The notes beneath the pieces were generated by a model. That model was not told the DNA's origin and searched no databases. It saw only the letters and a list, made by a program, of their open reading frames with translations. From assembly GCA_964016885.1 (NCBI GenBank), contig OZ024741.1, forward strand, positions 377,146,001 to 377,210,000: a stretch of 64,000 nt of DNA, written 5' to 3'. How positions within the stretch are numbered: the stretch's first letter is position 1; each line of letters opens with the position of its first letter. Position numbers and translations under genes: made by a program. This document shows positions 51,601 to 64,000 of this stretch, piece after piece. The DNA comes from Eledone cirrhosa (Eukaryota).

Positions 51601-52530
51601 ACTTACAGATAATTGTGAGGAAAATGAAAGCAAAGAAAATCAACATTAGAAATTGTGAAAGACAAATTCTAGACTGACAACTGACATCCAGAATGTCATG
51701 TTAAAACGATGGCAAGAGAAATCCCTACATGGCCAATACCCCAAAAGGCTTAATAGGAAGGAATTACACAAAGAAACCACACACAACTGGATCTGAAGCA
51801 CTGATCTAAAAGCTGAGACGGAAAGATTTCTAATTGCAGCGCAAGACGAAACTCTACACACAAGAAACTACCAGAAACACATAATGAAACAAAGCTCTAT
51901 ATATAACTATAGAATGTGTGGAGAAAGGGAAGAAGCAATAAACCACATATTCCGTGGATGCTCAGCTCTAGCCAAAAAAGAATATATCCACAGGCATGGT
52001 AGTATTGGTACCTTCATACACTGGAAATTATGCCAGCATTATGAAATGCCAAGAGAAAAATATGGTACAAACTCACCAGAAAAAGTGTCAGAAAATGACA
52101 AAGCACCCATTGTCTAGGAAGAGTGATCAAGGACAACCGACAATATATTATAGTAAAACACCAGAAAGAAAACATTGCCTTCTAATAGATGTATCTATTC
52201 CCACAGACGACAATATATCTTCCAAGGTAACAGAGAAACTCTCCAAATATAAAGATCTAGAAATAGAAATAACTCGAATGTGGAAAAAGAAAACAAACAA
52301 TACCTATAATAATAGTTTCTCTAGGAATGATACAAAACACTAAGACAAATACATAGCCAAAACCCCAGGACTTACAAATATATGCAGAATACAAAAGACA
52401 ACACTACTAGGCACTGCACACTTATTACGAAAAGAAATATCAATACAATAAAAAGAACATCAGCAAAAACTACACTGCTCATACTCAAGGCACGCAGAGC
52501 TGTGCTCGATAAAGCAGTAACGATGCACAA
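51600..52530 (+). mobile_element. Decayed R4-like LINE 3' fragment (family C)
   Basis: WQEKSLHGQY, AAQD, HRH, IDVSIP, KLSKYKDL. Confidence 0.8.
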
Positions 52531-52559
52531 TAACAATTATAATGGAAATAATAATGATT

Positions 52560-52663
52560 TCTAGTATAGGCACAATGCCAACAATTTAGAAGGAGGGGAA
52601 AGTATATTAAATCGACCCCATTACGTTACTGGTGCTTTATTTTATCGACCCCGTAGCGATGAA
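52560..52663 (-). mobile_element. SINE 3' remnant
   Basis: rc CGGGGTCGATAAAATAAAGCACCAG...GGCATTGTGCC. Confidence 0.6.
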
Positions 52664-52694
52664 TAGAGAGAGAGAGAGTGAGAGAGTGATGGAG

Positions 52695-52887
52695 AGGGGA
52701 TTGTATCTCAAATGGTATACGACTGTAAACTCCTGGCCCATACTTATTATAAAGGATATGATAGGAAAAGTGATCCACTAGCATTATGAAGATAGACCAG
52801 AATCGGTGATGGAAAACGACCGGGTGAATGTGTTATGGGATTTCAGAATACAAACTAATAATGAATTAGGTCTGATTTGGTGGTTTC

Positions 52888-52923
<36 letters not shown>

Positions 52924-53020
52924 ATCTTGCTTGATGTAACTTGCCTCTTCATTAGGTCAATCATTCCGGTTGAATAATATCAATGATTGAGAAATCAAGT
53001 AAAAAACATGATTATAATAT
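52695..53020 (+). mobile_element. Highly decayed R4-like RLE remnant with internal poly(A)
   Basis: [21 protein letters not shown]; end TCAATGATTGAGA resembles the family A 3'UTR. Confidence 0.65.
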
Positions 53021-53040
53021 CGATTATAATAATAATAATG

Positions 53041-55022
<1,982 letters not shown>

Positions 55023-55029
55023 CGTTATT

Positions 55030-56628
55030 AACAAATGAAAACTATATTTATAAAACCATATTTATTTCATTATACATATTTCAAGGATACCAGGTTAAAT
55101 TCTGGTATGCCTTCATCAGATAAAATACAATACAGATTTGTTTTATAAATAAATGTTGACATTCCCTGATAAAAGACAACCTTAACGGTTGGAGCTTCCT
55201 GGTTAGTTAAGATATTACATTTATTGAGGGTGATAGAAAATTATGATTAAGTATGCAAATGAGAGTCTGAAAGGTTGAAAAGATAACGGTTTATTTAAAT
55301 TAAACTGTTAGAAGAAGGTGATATGTGAGGGAGAGAGAAAAAAGAAATAAATAAATAAAGAAGCATCGATTATATATATTTTTTGACAGTGAAAATAGTG
55401 TGAAGAGAAGTGCGTAAGTATATTTTTAAGTGAGAGAAGATATTAGTTTCAAAGGACAAATACAACGTAAGTATATTTACGTGAGAGGAGACATGAAGAA
55501 AAGAAGAAAAGAGAATATCGTGGAGGAATAATATTTATAATGCAGGATTCGTTATGTTTTGATTATAATATTTATAATGATATCTTGAAAAATTAAATTA
55601 AAGATTTAATTTAATAATTTAATAATTAGTTTAAATGTGTATGTTAAGTATTATAAATTATTAAAAAAATATATATTATTTTACATTAGAGCAAATCTAG
55701 TATAGTTTATTTTATTAAAATTTGTAAGTCAAAAATTTAAAACATCCAAATAATTCTAAATTTATGGAAAATTTTCGAGAGTTTACAAAATAACCACTTA
55801 GTTATATTATAAAAACAGTAAGGGGGTTATAAGTGATTTTTTAAGAACTCAGATGACTCTAAGGATTAAATGCTATAAAGTTAAGAAGTTATATTTTCGA
55901 TCTTAAGAATATAATTAGAACATGAACCTTATGTTATTTTATACGAAGTCATAAATTTGCTTGCTATAAAGTTAAAACATTTACAAAATGTTCTTAAGAA
56001 TATATTTAAAGCATAAACTCCACATATATATTAAACAAACATATGCTTTTCCACATATATATAAACATTTGCATATATATATTAAAAACGTTTGAAAATA
56101 TAAGAATATAAAAATATAGTTTTTCTATATTTTTCAAAGGAATTTTCAAAAGATTTTCTTAAACCCTTCCGAAAAAATTTTCCTTAAAGGAGTTTCAAGC
56201 AGTCATATAAAGGAATTTTATAATCTATCTATAGGTGTAATAATATATATGTGAAGTAGAGATAATAGAAAATAAATTAAGTATATGAATCATATATGGA
56301 TATAGAAGACATTATGTAAAAGAGATAAGTCGTATATTACATTTTATATATATATTTAAAGTTGAATTTAAACGATGTTTGCAAGAACTGAATAAATTGT
56401 TCCTCAAATTAATAGAGTTCTTACTTTTTAGTATAAAGAATATGTCTTCGACATAAAGGGAACAATTTTTGGATAAAGCAGTGTATGAAGTGTATGCAGT
56501 GTAAAGAATAGTTAATGTTCTTTGATTTCAGGTCCCATAGTAAGTTAGATAGAGAAGTTGAAGATTTTTTACTAATATTCGTAAAAGAACATTTGTGGTT
56601 ATTAAAGCGGGAATTGAAGTCTGTCAAT
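55030..56628 (-). mobile_element. Decayed Naiad-like PLE 3' end with long AT-rich 3'UTR
   Basis: FNSRFNNHKCSF..STSLSNLLWDLK, SSCKHR; HHR near the end. Confidence 0.75.
55068..55124 (-). ncRNA. Hammerhead ribozyme, stem III damaged
   Basis: rc TTAT-CTGATGA-AGG(C)ATACCAG/CTGGTATCCT-GAAA-TATGT-ATAA. Confidence 0.6.
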
Positions 56629-56630
56629 TA

Positions 56631-56668
56631 CGAGCTGAGGATCCGCTAAGGTGAAACAATTGTTCTCG
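56631..56668 (+). ncRNA. Minimal type I hammerhead ribozyme, canonical core
   Basis: CGAG-CTGAGGA-TCC GCTAA GGT-GAAAC-AATT-GTT-CTCG. Confidence 0.85.
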
Positions 56669-57130
56669 GTGTGGTGAACTAACTGTTGTGTAACCACTTC
56701 TACCTAACTCGTCCCACGGACTGAGTGCTCTACCACTACGGATATTACCTTCCAGTGTTCTACCACTATATATATATGTATGCGAAATGTAAATATGATC
56801 TAATCGAATATTAATAATATTTTATCTGTTTTCAATTATAGAAACAGTCTCTTTAATAGGCCATGTATGTAGAATGAGCACATCATTCTTGGTCTTGTGT
56901 TGGCATATAAACAGAACGGCAGACACTAATATCTATGGGTGACATAACCCTTCATCAGTACCGTGCCAATATAAGTGAAAAATGTCGGAGTCATTCTAAC
57001 TACATGGCTGTTTGCAATAATTACTAACGAATCGAATAATAATATTAATTTTCAAGAAGCTCAGATTTATATTTCCTGCATTCAGCCATGTAGAGCAATA
57101 AAACAATTTGTTATATATATATATATATAT

Positions 57131-58280
57131 AGTCCTGAATAATCGGAGCATATAAAAGGTTAAACAAGTTTTTATTAAATAATAACATTTTTATTGAATA
57201 ATAATACATTAACATTCTAAGAAATATAATATTTTAACAACACAATATGGTAAATGATAAATATATAAATAATGTAAATTTATTATAACATTATAATATA
57301 TAAGTGTTCTTTTAATATTTATTAATATTCTAACTTTATTCTAACTCCATATTTTTAAGTTTTATAAGTATATAACAGTAAACATATAAATTACCTCCCT
57401 TATTTAATTACCTCCCTTAGTCTGTCTACATCTAGATTTTTTCCATACTATTTAAATGTTTAACAGTTTAATACGAGTTTATTTATACTCAAACAGTCTA
57501 AAGGTTTTTACTGGCTGATATTTGAATTTTAACCAACGTGAGGTACTATTTTGAAAATGTCATGCAACGAGTACATTGACCTCATATAATCAATCATACT
57601 ATCGATTCTATATATGGGATTGAAACATCTGGTATGACACGACTGCAAGGACATCGAATTGGTACTGTTATCATAACCTTAAAGAAAAAAATCTTTATCT
57701 CCCTATTTTGGATTATATGTATTGTGACTGTGTCTGTTCGGACTCTACAATTCTATACTTAATACTTATATGTTTTTTACCTATGGGCAATATATTCTAC
57801 TGCATGAACATTATAAAGCTTTTTCCTTAAAATCAATATATCTTTTGATATTTATATCTATTGTATGCTCTTACTACACCATTTTCTTATTGCATCTACT
57901 CTACTCTTATTGATATTTTTGATATGATATTCTGGCTATCATATTTTTGTCATGATTTTTTGCTATAAGTAATAACCATATCCCTATACACACCTCATAA
58001 TATTTATATTATAGCTTTAACACAATTTTTTCATTATAATATTTCATTACTATTTTAATATCTATTCAAATTTATTTTGCTCTTGCTCTTTAAGTTATTG
58101 GAATTAACACTTATAATTAGTCTCCTCACATATAATGTATCCTGTTAAATATTCTAATGATTAGGAATATATTTGTTTTAACCTTTTATATGCTCCGATG
58201 AACTCAGACCTATATCTGGAGAAAAAGATCGTAAGCCATTAAATGCCTTAAATACAATTTGATTGTTATTTATGTTGTAT
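57131..58280 (+). mobile_element. Old PLE-like remnant with short inverted copy
   Basis: 57142-57167 is rc of 58173-58199; HHR at the 3' end; TA flanks. Confidence 0.55.
58192..58236 (+). ncRNA. Degenerate hammerhead ribozyme, CCGATGA (U4C) core
   Basis: GCT-CCGATGA-TCAGA/TCTGG-GAAAAA-GATC-GTA-AGC. Confidence 0.55.
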
Positions 58281-58286
58281 ATATAT

Positions 58287-58526
58287 ATATTTATTAAAAT
58301 AACATATTAAAGTTTAAGCAAATAATTGCTGCTTTCACCCTTAACGGGATCTTTTGAATCTCAGTTTGAGTTTCAGAAGATCCCGTTAAGGGTGAAAGCA
58401 GCGATTCTTTGTTTAAACTTTAATCTGTTATTTTAATAAATATTTGCTCTACGGTTCTTATATATTTGATATATATTTATGCTTATCGAGCCCTCTTTGG
58501 ATTTTAGTCTTCAAATTTATTATTAT

Positions 58527-58530
<4 letters not shown>
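58287..58530 (+). mobile_element. PLE-like tail family copy with ~70-bp snap-back hairpin
   Basis: 58287-58358 is rc of 58372-58443; same family as 32385-32555. Confidence 0.8.
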
Positions 58531-58563
<33 letters not shown>

Positions 58564-59899
58564 CATTTTTCTGGGTGCGAAGTATCTATTTTATGTTATT
58601 CTTATGTCGTGGCAGTATATAAGTGAAGACGCAATATTGATAATGGAGAAAATATAATATAAATGTTTGTTTATTCGATTTATTAAAACAGTGTTATGAT
58701 TTTTCAACAAAGCTAGGTGATACATCACTAGGTTTCTTCAGAGTCATACTATGTTATTATCAAAGGTCATCTTACAGCTAGTTACTTGGATAGGTTATTG
58801 TTTAGGTGTTGTGAGGTGGTAGGGAATATGAGAGGTAGAGTGCAATATAGTGACTGCCAGAGGGGTGTTGATTGTATCATTGTCAGCTGTACTTTACTCA
58901 CTTTTATAATCGGTAAAGTATAAGAAACAAATGAGGACACATCTCAAGTTAATTTACGAAAAATTGGTGATTGTCACAAAATAATGTTTTATCTACTCAA
59001 ATGTATATCTGTTTGTTATAACCGCCTTTTTGATAGAGAGACTTGCTTGTTTATTTATTTACAAACAGCGACTCTCTTGCATTGCGATAAAAATCCGTGT
59101 GAATTATATCTGAAGAATTGTCATCCAATAGATATTTCAAACCGGACGAAGGATTTCCCTATCTGTCTATATTATCACGCAAATTTCTGACTCCTCGAAG
59201 ATGACTATTGATAACATCAGTTACCAAATGTTTTCTGTGGGATATAAACAAGTGTTTGTTTCCTACAAATCAGAAACGTAAAGATGCATGGCAGATGTTC
59301 AAGATACTAGTGCGGATTTACTACAGAGATTAATAATATCTAAATGCCTGATATTATCTAACTTAACAGTAATCGTCTAACTATTCGAACATGATTCGAA
59401 ATGTTGTTGTACACTCTATTGAATACACGTATTTATCATTCATACAAACACGGACGGTATTTGACGGCTTATAAGACGCAATTTATTTTCAGAAAAATGT
59501 CCAAAAAATCACCCTGCGTCTAATAAGATCAGTGGTCAATTTCGATTGCTGGCTGTTCAAGTGTTGGATTGGCCCTCAAATTAAACTGTAAATATAAACA
59601 AGGTGGCGATTATTTCTATGCATAAAATTATTATGCATGATAATGAGGTGTAATAAAAGAGATTATCCAACTTCTGAGTTCGTATATTTAATAATCTCAA
59701 ACCGCAACTTAGGAAATGAACATATATATGGCTATTCATTCCGAGAAGCCTTCGCCAGCACGTCTGTTCATCATAAAACAAATGATATATGAATATATTT
59801 CAGAACTGTAGTTAACTCATAGTTATTGTCTAAATGAAACAAACAGGGCTAGTAATAGTGTAATATCTAAACAAAGATGTTTCTAGTTTAAACACAATC

Positions 59900-60060
59900 C
59901 AAACATTTGTGGCAAAAGTGAAAGATGACCCTAGTACTTGGGTAGTACTTTATGCTAATACCCCTAGCCGTATGAAAGGCAAGTTTGATTTCAACGGTAT
60001 TTGAAAGTGGAACTAAAGAGTAGGACCAAATACCGCAAATGCACTGATTCTGTCAATCCA
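59900..60060 (-). mobile_element. Old SINE remnant
   Basis: rc TTCAAATACCGTTGAAATCAAACTTGCCTTTCAT..AAGTAC. Confidence 0.55.
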
Positions 60061-60877
60061 ACATTTTTATTGGAAGAATGTAAAACAAAATTCAGGTAAT
60101 CTGTGTAGAAACCATCAATATTTATAAGGTGTTTCATTGATAATGTTTTGAACAACTTTTCGAATGCACAGCTGTTTGATAATATATATGTACGTTATCC
60201 TGAGAAATGCTAGGTATTTCGACGCACCGCTTTAAAATAGGAGCAATGATATTAAATCTCGTCCAAGAAAATATTCCCATGAAAGCATAATAATATATTT
60301 CAATTAAAAAATATACGCAGGAACAACAGATTCTTTGTTTCGTCGGTAAACCTGAACCAACTTAACTCTACGAATATACCAACAATTCAGGTTAGTTTAT
60401 TATAGTTTGTCATGATTTTATTTAAGCAAAAAGCAAATTAATTGTTCAATATTCCTCCTGAGAATTCAAACCCACACATGAAATATTTCTAAAAGTTTCT
60501 ATCCTATGGATCAAAGAATAAAATTCACAATGTATTAAAGAGGAAAGACAACTAACTTTATAAAGTAAAACTGATAGTTAATAAAAACAACACTGCCGCT
60601 GAGTGGATGCGCTTATACAATTGAAAGATAAAGGAAGCATATATTCTTCAAGCAACACACCTCATGAAAGCTGGCATATAAATGAATGCACTAACATGCA
60701 AACACATTCCTACGTACATCAACGAACATCGGAACAAAATAAAATTATTCACAACCTAAACAAAAACACACCATTAGGTTCACACTCAGACACACACACA
60801 GAAACACATACACATATGTAGATACACACACATCCATGCACACACACACATACACACACACACATACACACACACAT

Positions 60878-60945
<68 letters not shown>

Positions 60946-62439
60946 ATATATATACACAACACATTTACGTATATATATTCAATACATTTACGTATAGACA
61001 TATACAATTATATACTTGTATGCTCTATATGTTTCTCTATTGACATCAACACTTGAGAACCATATCCAAACAAAATGGAATTCATGAATTATACTGCCAG
61101 CATGATTTTAAAACATGCCACTATCTTAGACAGATAATGTTGTGTTGATTACGACAAAACATACTTTCCTGCGTCAGAATGTGATGAAAACTTTTACCTA
61201 TATCTTACTCTCACTTGTTTTGATTTTCCTCTATATCACACGTTATACTAACACGTCAGATAGTTTCTACAAGTATAAGCTGAACAATGTAAGCAACATC
61301 AGGCGACTCCATTAATAATATTAAAATTGCTTTAAAGTTATACACTTCGTTTTATATCTACAATGTTCTGTTCTACATGTTCAAGGTATGATTAACGGAA
61401 TATTTTGACATCATTTCTATTTACTCTCAGACTATAATAACAGTATGATTATGAATATAAATACCCCTTCCTATTGATAACATTATTGTAAGTTGTATTT
61501 CCTCTCTGTGTGCTATTTGATTTGTTCAACTTTAGAAGACCTGCAAAATTAATCTTACTGGCCCTACTTTTCATCTTCTAAGAAAAAGTCAATATTTTGA
61601 ATAGTCGCAACCCTGAAAATATATACTTCTATCAAACGAAGTTCCACTGTGTTGTTACATTAAATTGGAAACTGTTGAACCATATAGCCATACGCTTGAA
61701 TATGTGAAACCTATTGTTTAAAGACGTATTCTCCTACACCAAAATTATATCAGGTGCGAATACTAAAATCTGTAATAATATCCACCCTAAACTGTTATGA
61801 AAAAATGCTATAGATTATATGGAACAGTTGCTGTACTGAGGGCAAGAATATGCTACAAGGCTTATATGATGCATGTAATATTATGTATTGCGTTGTCTCC
61901 AGCTCATGCTTTTCGAAAGCCTCCACGAACTCATATATTAATGAGTTTCTGTTGCTTGAAATGTTGATGTATATGAGTTACAGGTTTGTTACAGACAAGC
62001 TGAAAGATAGTAACTATTTTCGCACTCCTTTTATAAATCTCATTCATATTTATTAAACCAATAGTCACACAATCTGATGGATGTGGAGGCCAAATATGTC
62101 AGAAACCACTTTCTATCATCTTGCAAGTATAATATGTTATGGAGTGTCATATACTGGATGAATTGATTGAAAACACTGTATGAAGACGCGGTGAAGAAGA
62201 GTCTGCTTTACAAGTATACGAGTGTAAAGAAAAACAAATCACTGAAAGCATAAAGGGTTTATGAACTTAACCCAATTAATGAGCACCCCAAATATTTGAA
62301 ACACTACTCATATCCAGTTTATAAATGAAACGTTTTGATTTTATGCAATGATTGCTTTCATTCAAATGGAAGTTTCACAAAGAGTATCGTCAAACAAAAA
62401 CGTGTTTTACCCAACAATCTGTATACATTTTAAAACTTT

Positions 62440-63090
62440 TACTCAGGGTGTTATTTGAATTTGGGTCGCAATGGTATTTACATACTTGATCTCGAACTCA
62501 GTATCAGTCGACAGTACCCACTTTATCTTGTAAGTCGAGAGGGACAACGTCAATACTTACGCTCTGACCTGGATTTCTTTTACTGTATGGGCATTTATGG
62601 ATGTCGGTGGGTTCATAATAGAGAACCCATTACTAGATTAGCAGTATAATAAGGCATCATTTATATTTAGTTCGGGATTGCCGTTCCTTCAAAGACTCAT
62701 TTCCATGTCAGGTATTCACTACCAACATATGCACTGAGATCTCCTCTTAAGAAATATGACTTATCTATATGATTTCATCGAGGAAGTCTCTCTATTTCGA
62801 TCGTTGTTTGGCGCACACACAGACATTTATCACTCAGATTGGGAATTGCAGGTATCCCCAATCCCAATTGAATTGTTGAATTTCCTCCCTCCATTCAAAT
62901 TTAGAGTACTAGAACCAGATAACTGTCGATATCTGGCCTCTTCCGCCAATTTCTGCTTCTTACCTGTAGGCTTGTAAAGCTTCAATTACCAATTCTGGAG
63001 GTTTCCTCTTTTCTAGACCCTCTTTTGGGTTTCGAGGTACGTAATATTTGTGCATGCATCTCATATTCCCCCGGACAGCTGGCAGGCCTA
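62440..63090 (-). pseudogene. Decayed RTE-like AP endonuclease
   Basis: Manual translation RIGN*..TGKKQKLAEEA, CAPNN, GDLSAYVG..W, NGFSIMN. Confidence 0.6.
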
Positions 63091-63099
63091 TCAACATAT

Positions 63100-64000
63100 A
63101 CTGCAACGTTGGTTTGAGAATGTCAAATAGATTTCGAACATGAGACTCTACCTAAGACCTAAACGCATCCCTTGAAGGTCAGCGCGAAGGACGGTTATGG
63201 ATGAAGGCTTTTAATGCTTCTAAACATGTTGCAGTAATTTGGTGGTCTTATTTACGCCAATCATAGACATAACTCTTGTTAAACTAAGAGAGGTAATGGT
63301 ATTGTCAAATCCAAAGTATATAACGAAGAGTGTGGGTTTTTGCCACGGAAGCATCACAGCCGACCAAACAGTCAAACTGCGGGAAATCATGGAGCATTGC
63401 CAAGAAATCTAGGTTTGTATCTTAGACATCGAAAAGGCGTTCCATTAGATTTGTTGTTGAATTCTCTTCAAGAGCATGGAATTGTTGGAAAGCGTCTTGT
63501 TGCCTTACAGTCTCTATACAAATGCCGTTGTAATTGTGTTCGGATAATTGGTGCTACGGCGAAAACATTAAATATGGGTGTCGGGCTTAAACAAGGTGTG
63601 TAATGTTACCTTTCTTGTTCATATTATTCATGGACATGATAGACATGCACAACTGAACGGCGTAAATTAAAATCAGTGCTTCGAAGATTTGAGACACTTT
63701 TACCCTGAAGGAAGCTTGCGTACAACACTCCACATGCGAGTGGAATTCCACTGATACAGGTAGAAATTTCCAGTATCTCGGCGCCATGTTCATGAGTGAG
63801 TAAAGACAGAGGGCAGGAAATACAGAAGCTGTTGCTAGCTTTAACATTCCGTAACCAGATGACAGGGAAATGTGTAAAAACCAAACACACTTAAATTCGC
63901 TATTTGAGCCAACCCTTTCCTAACGCCATGTGTCTTGGTTAATGACCGAAATAATATGATCGCGAATACAAACGTTGAACATTGGGTTATTCGCAAAACA
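63100..64000 (+). pseudogene. Decayed RTE-like reverse transcriptase
   Basis: ECGFLP, LDIEKAF, LQEHGI..LQSLY, GVGLKQG, FQYLG. Confidence 0.7.

Noticed and set aside
51148-51633. His/Gln-rich 161-aa ORF as a host gene
   Set aside because: Its stop lies just upstream of Tx1 ORF2 on the same strand; best explained as an ORF1 remnant with CAC/CAA repeats
58560-62400. Possible host exons in unique AT-rich DNA
   Set aside because: No recognisable protein motif or credible exon by eye; small exons cannot be excluded without RNA-seq

Overview
AT-rich, microsatellite-dense eukaryotic non-genic DNA, probably cephalopod (Octopus-like, inferred only from the SINE/LINE repertoire). No host gene could be supported. 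The window has two retroelement niches. (1) About 2.5-35.4 kb and 55-58.6 kb: (TA)n arrays filled with Penelope-like elements (PLEs; Naiad-like and Neptune-like RT/GIY-YIG, mostly decayed, with inverted pseudo-LTRs) and many small non-coding relatives. (2) About 36.3-54.9 kb: (TAA)n arrays with R4/Dong-like RLE LINEs all on + and Tx1/L1-like LINEs all on -, repeatedly tail to tail. By eye I fold about 23 type I hammerhead ribozyme (HHR) motifs, intact or degenerate, from about a dozen apparently unrelated families. Main results: a 323-nt retrozyme-like tandem unit with a compensatory U3:A8 core and a 12-nt palindromic stem III; the same U3:A8 core in three other families, including a full-length Naiad; a circularly permuted 526-nt unit; HHRs with very long stem II inserts; a shared TTGAG-containing tail motif; a TGA at a conserved Cys of a Naiad Zn-finger-like motif (possible selenocysteine); and apparent (ATT)n-targeting Tx1 elements whose 3' ends resemble the local SINE tail. 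All folds and alignments are manual and boundaries are approximate.
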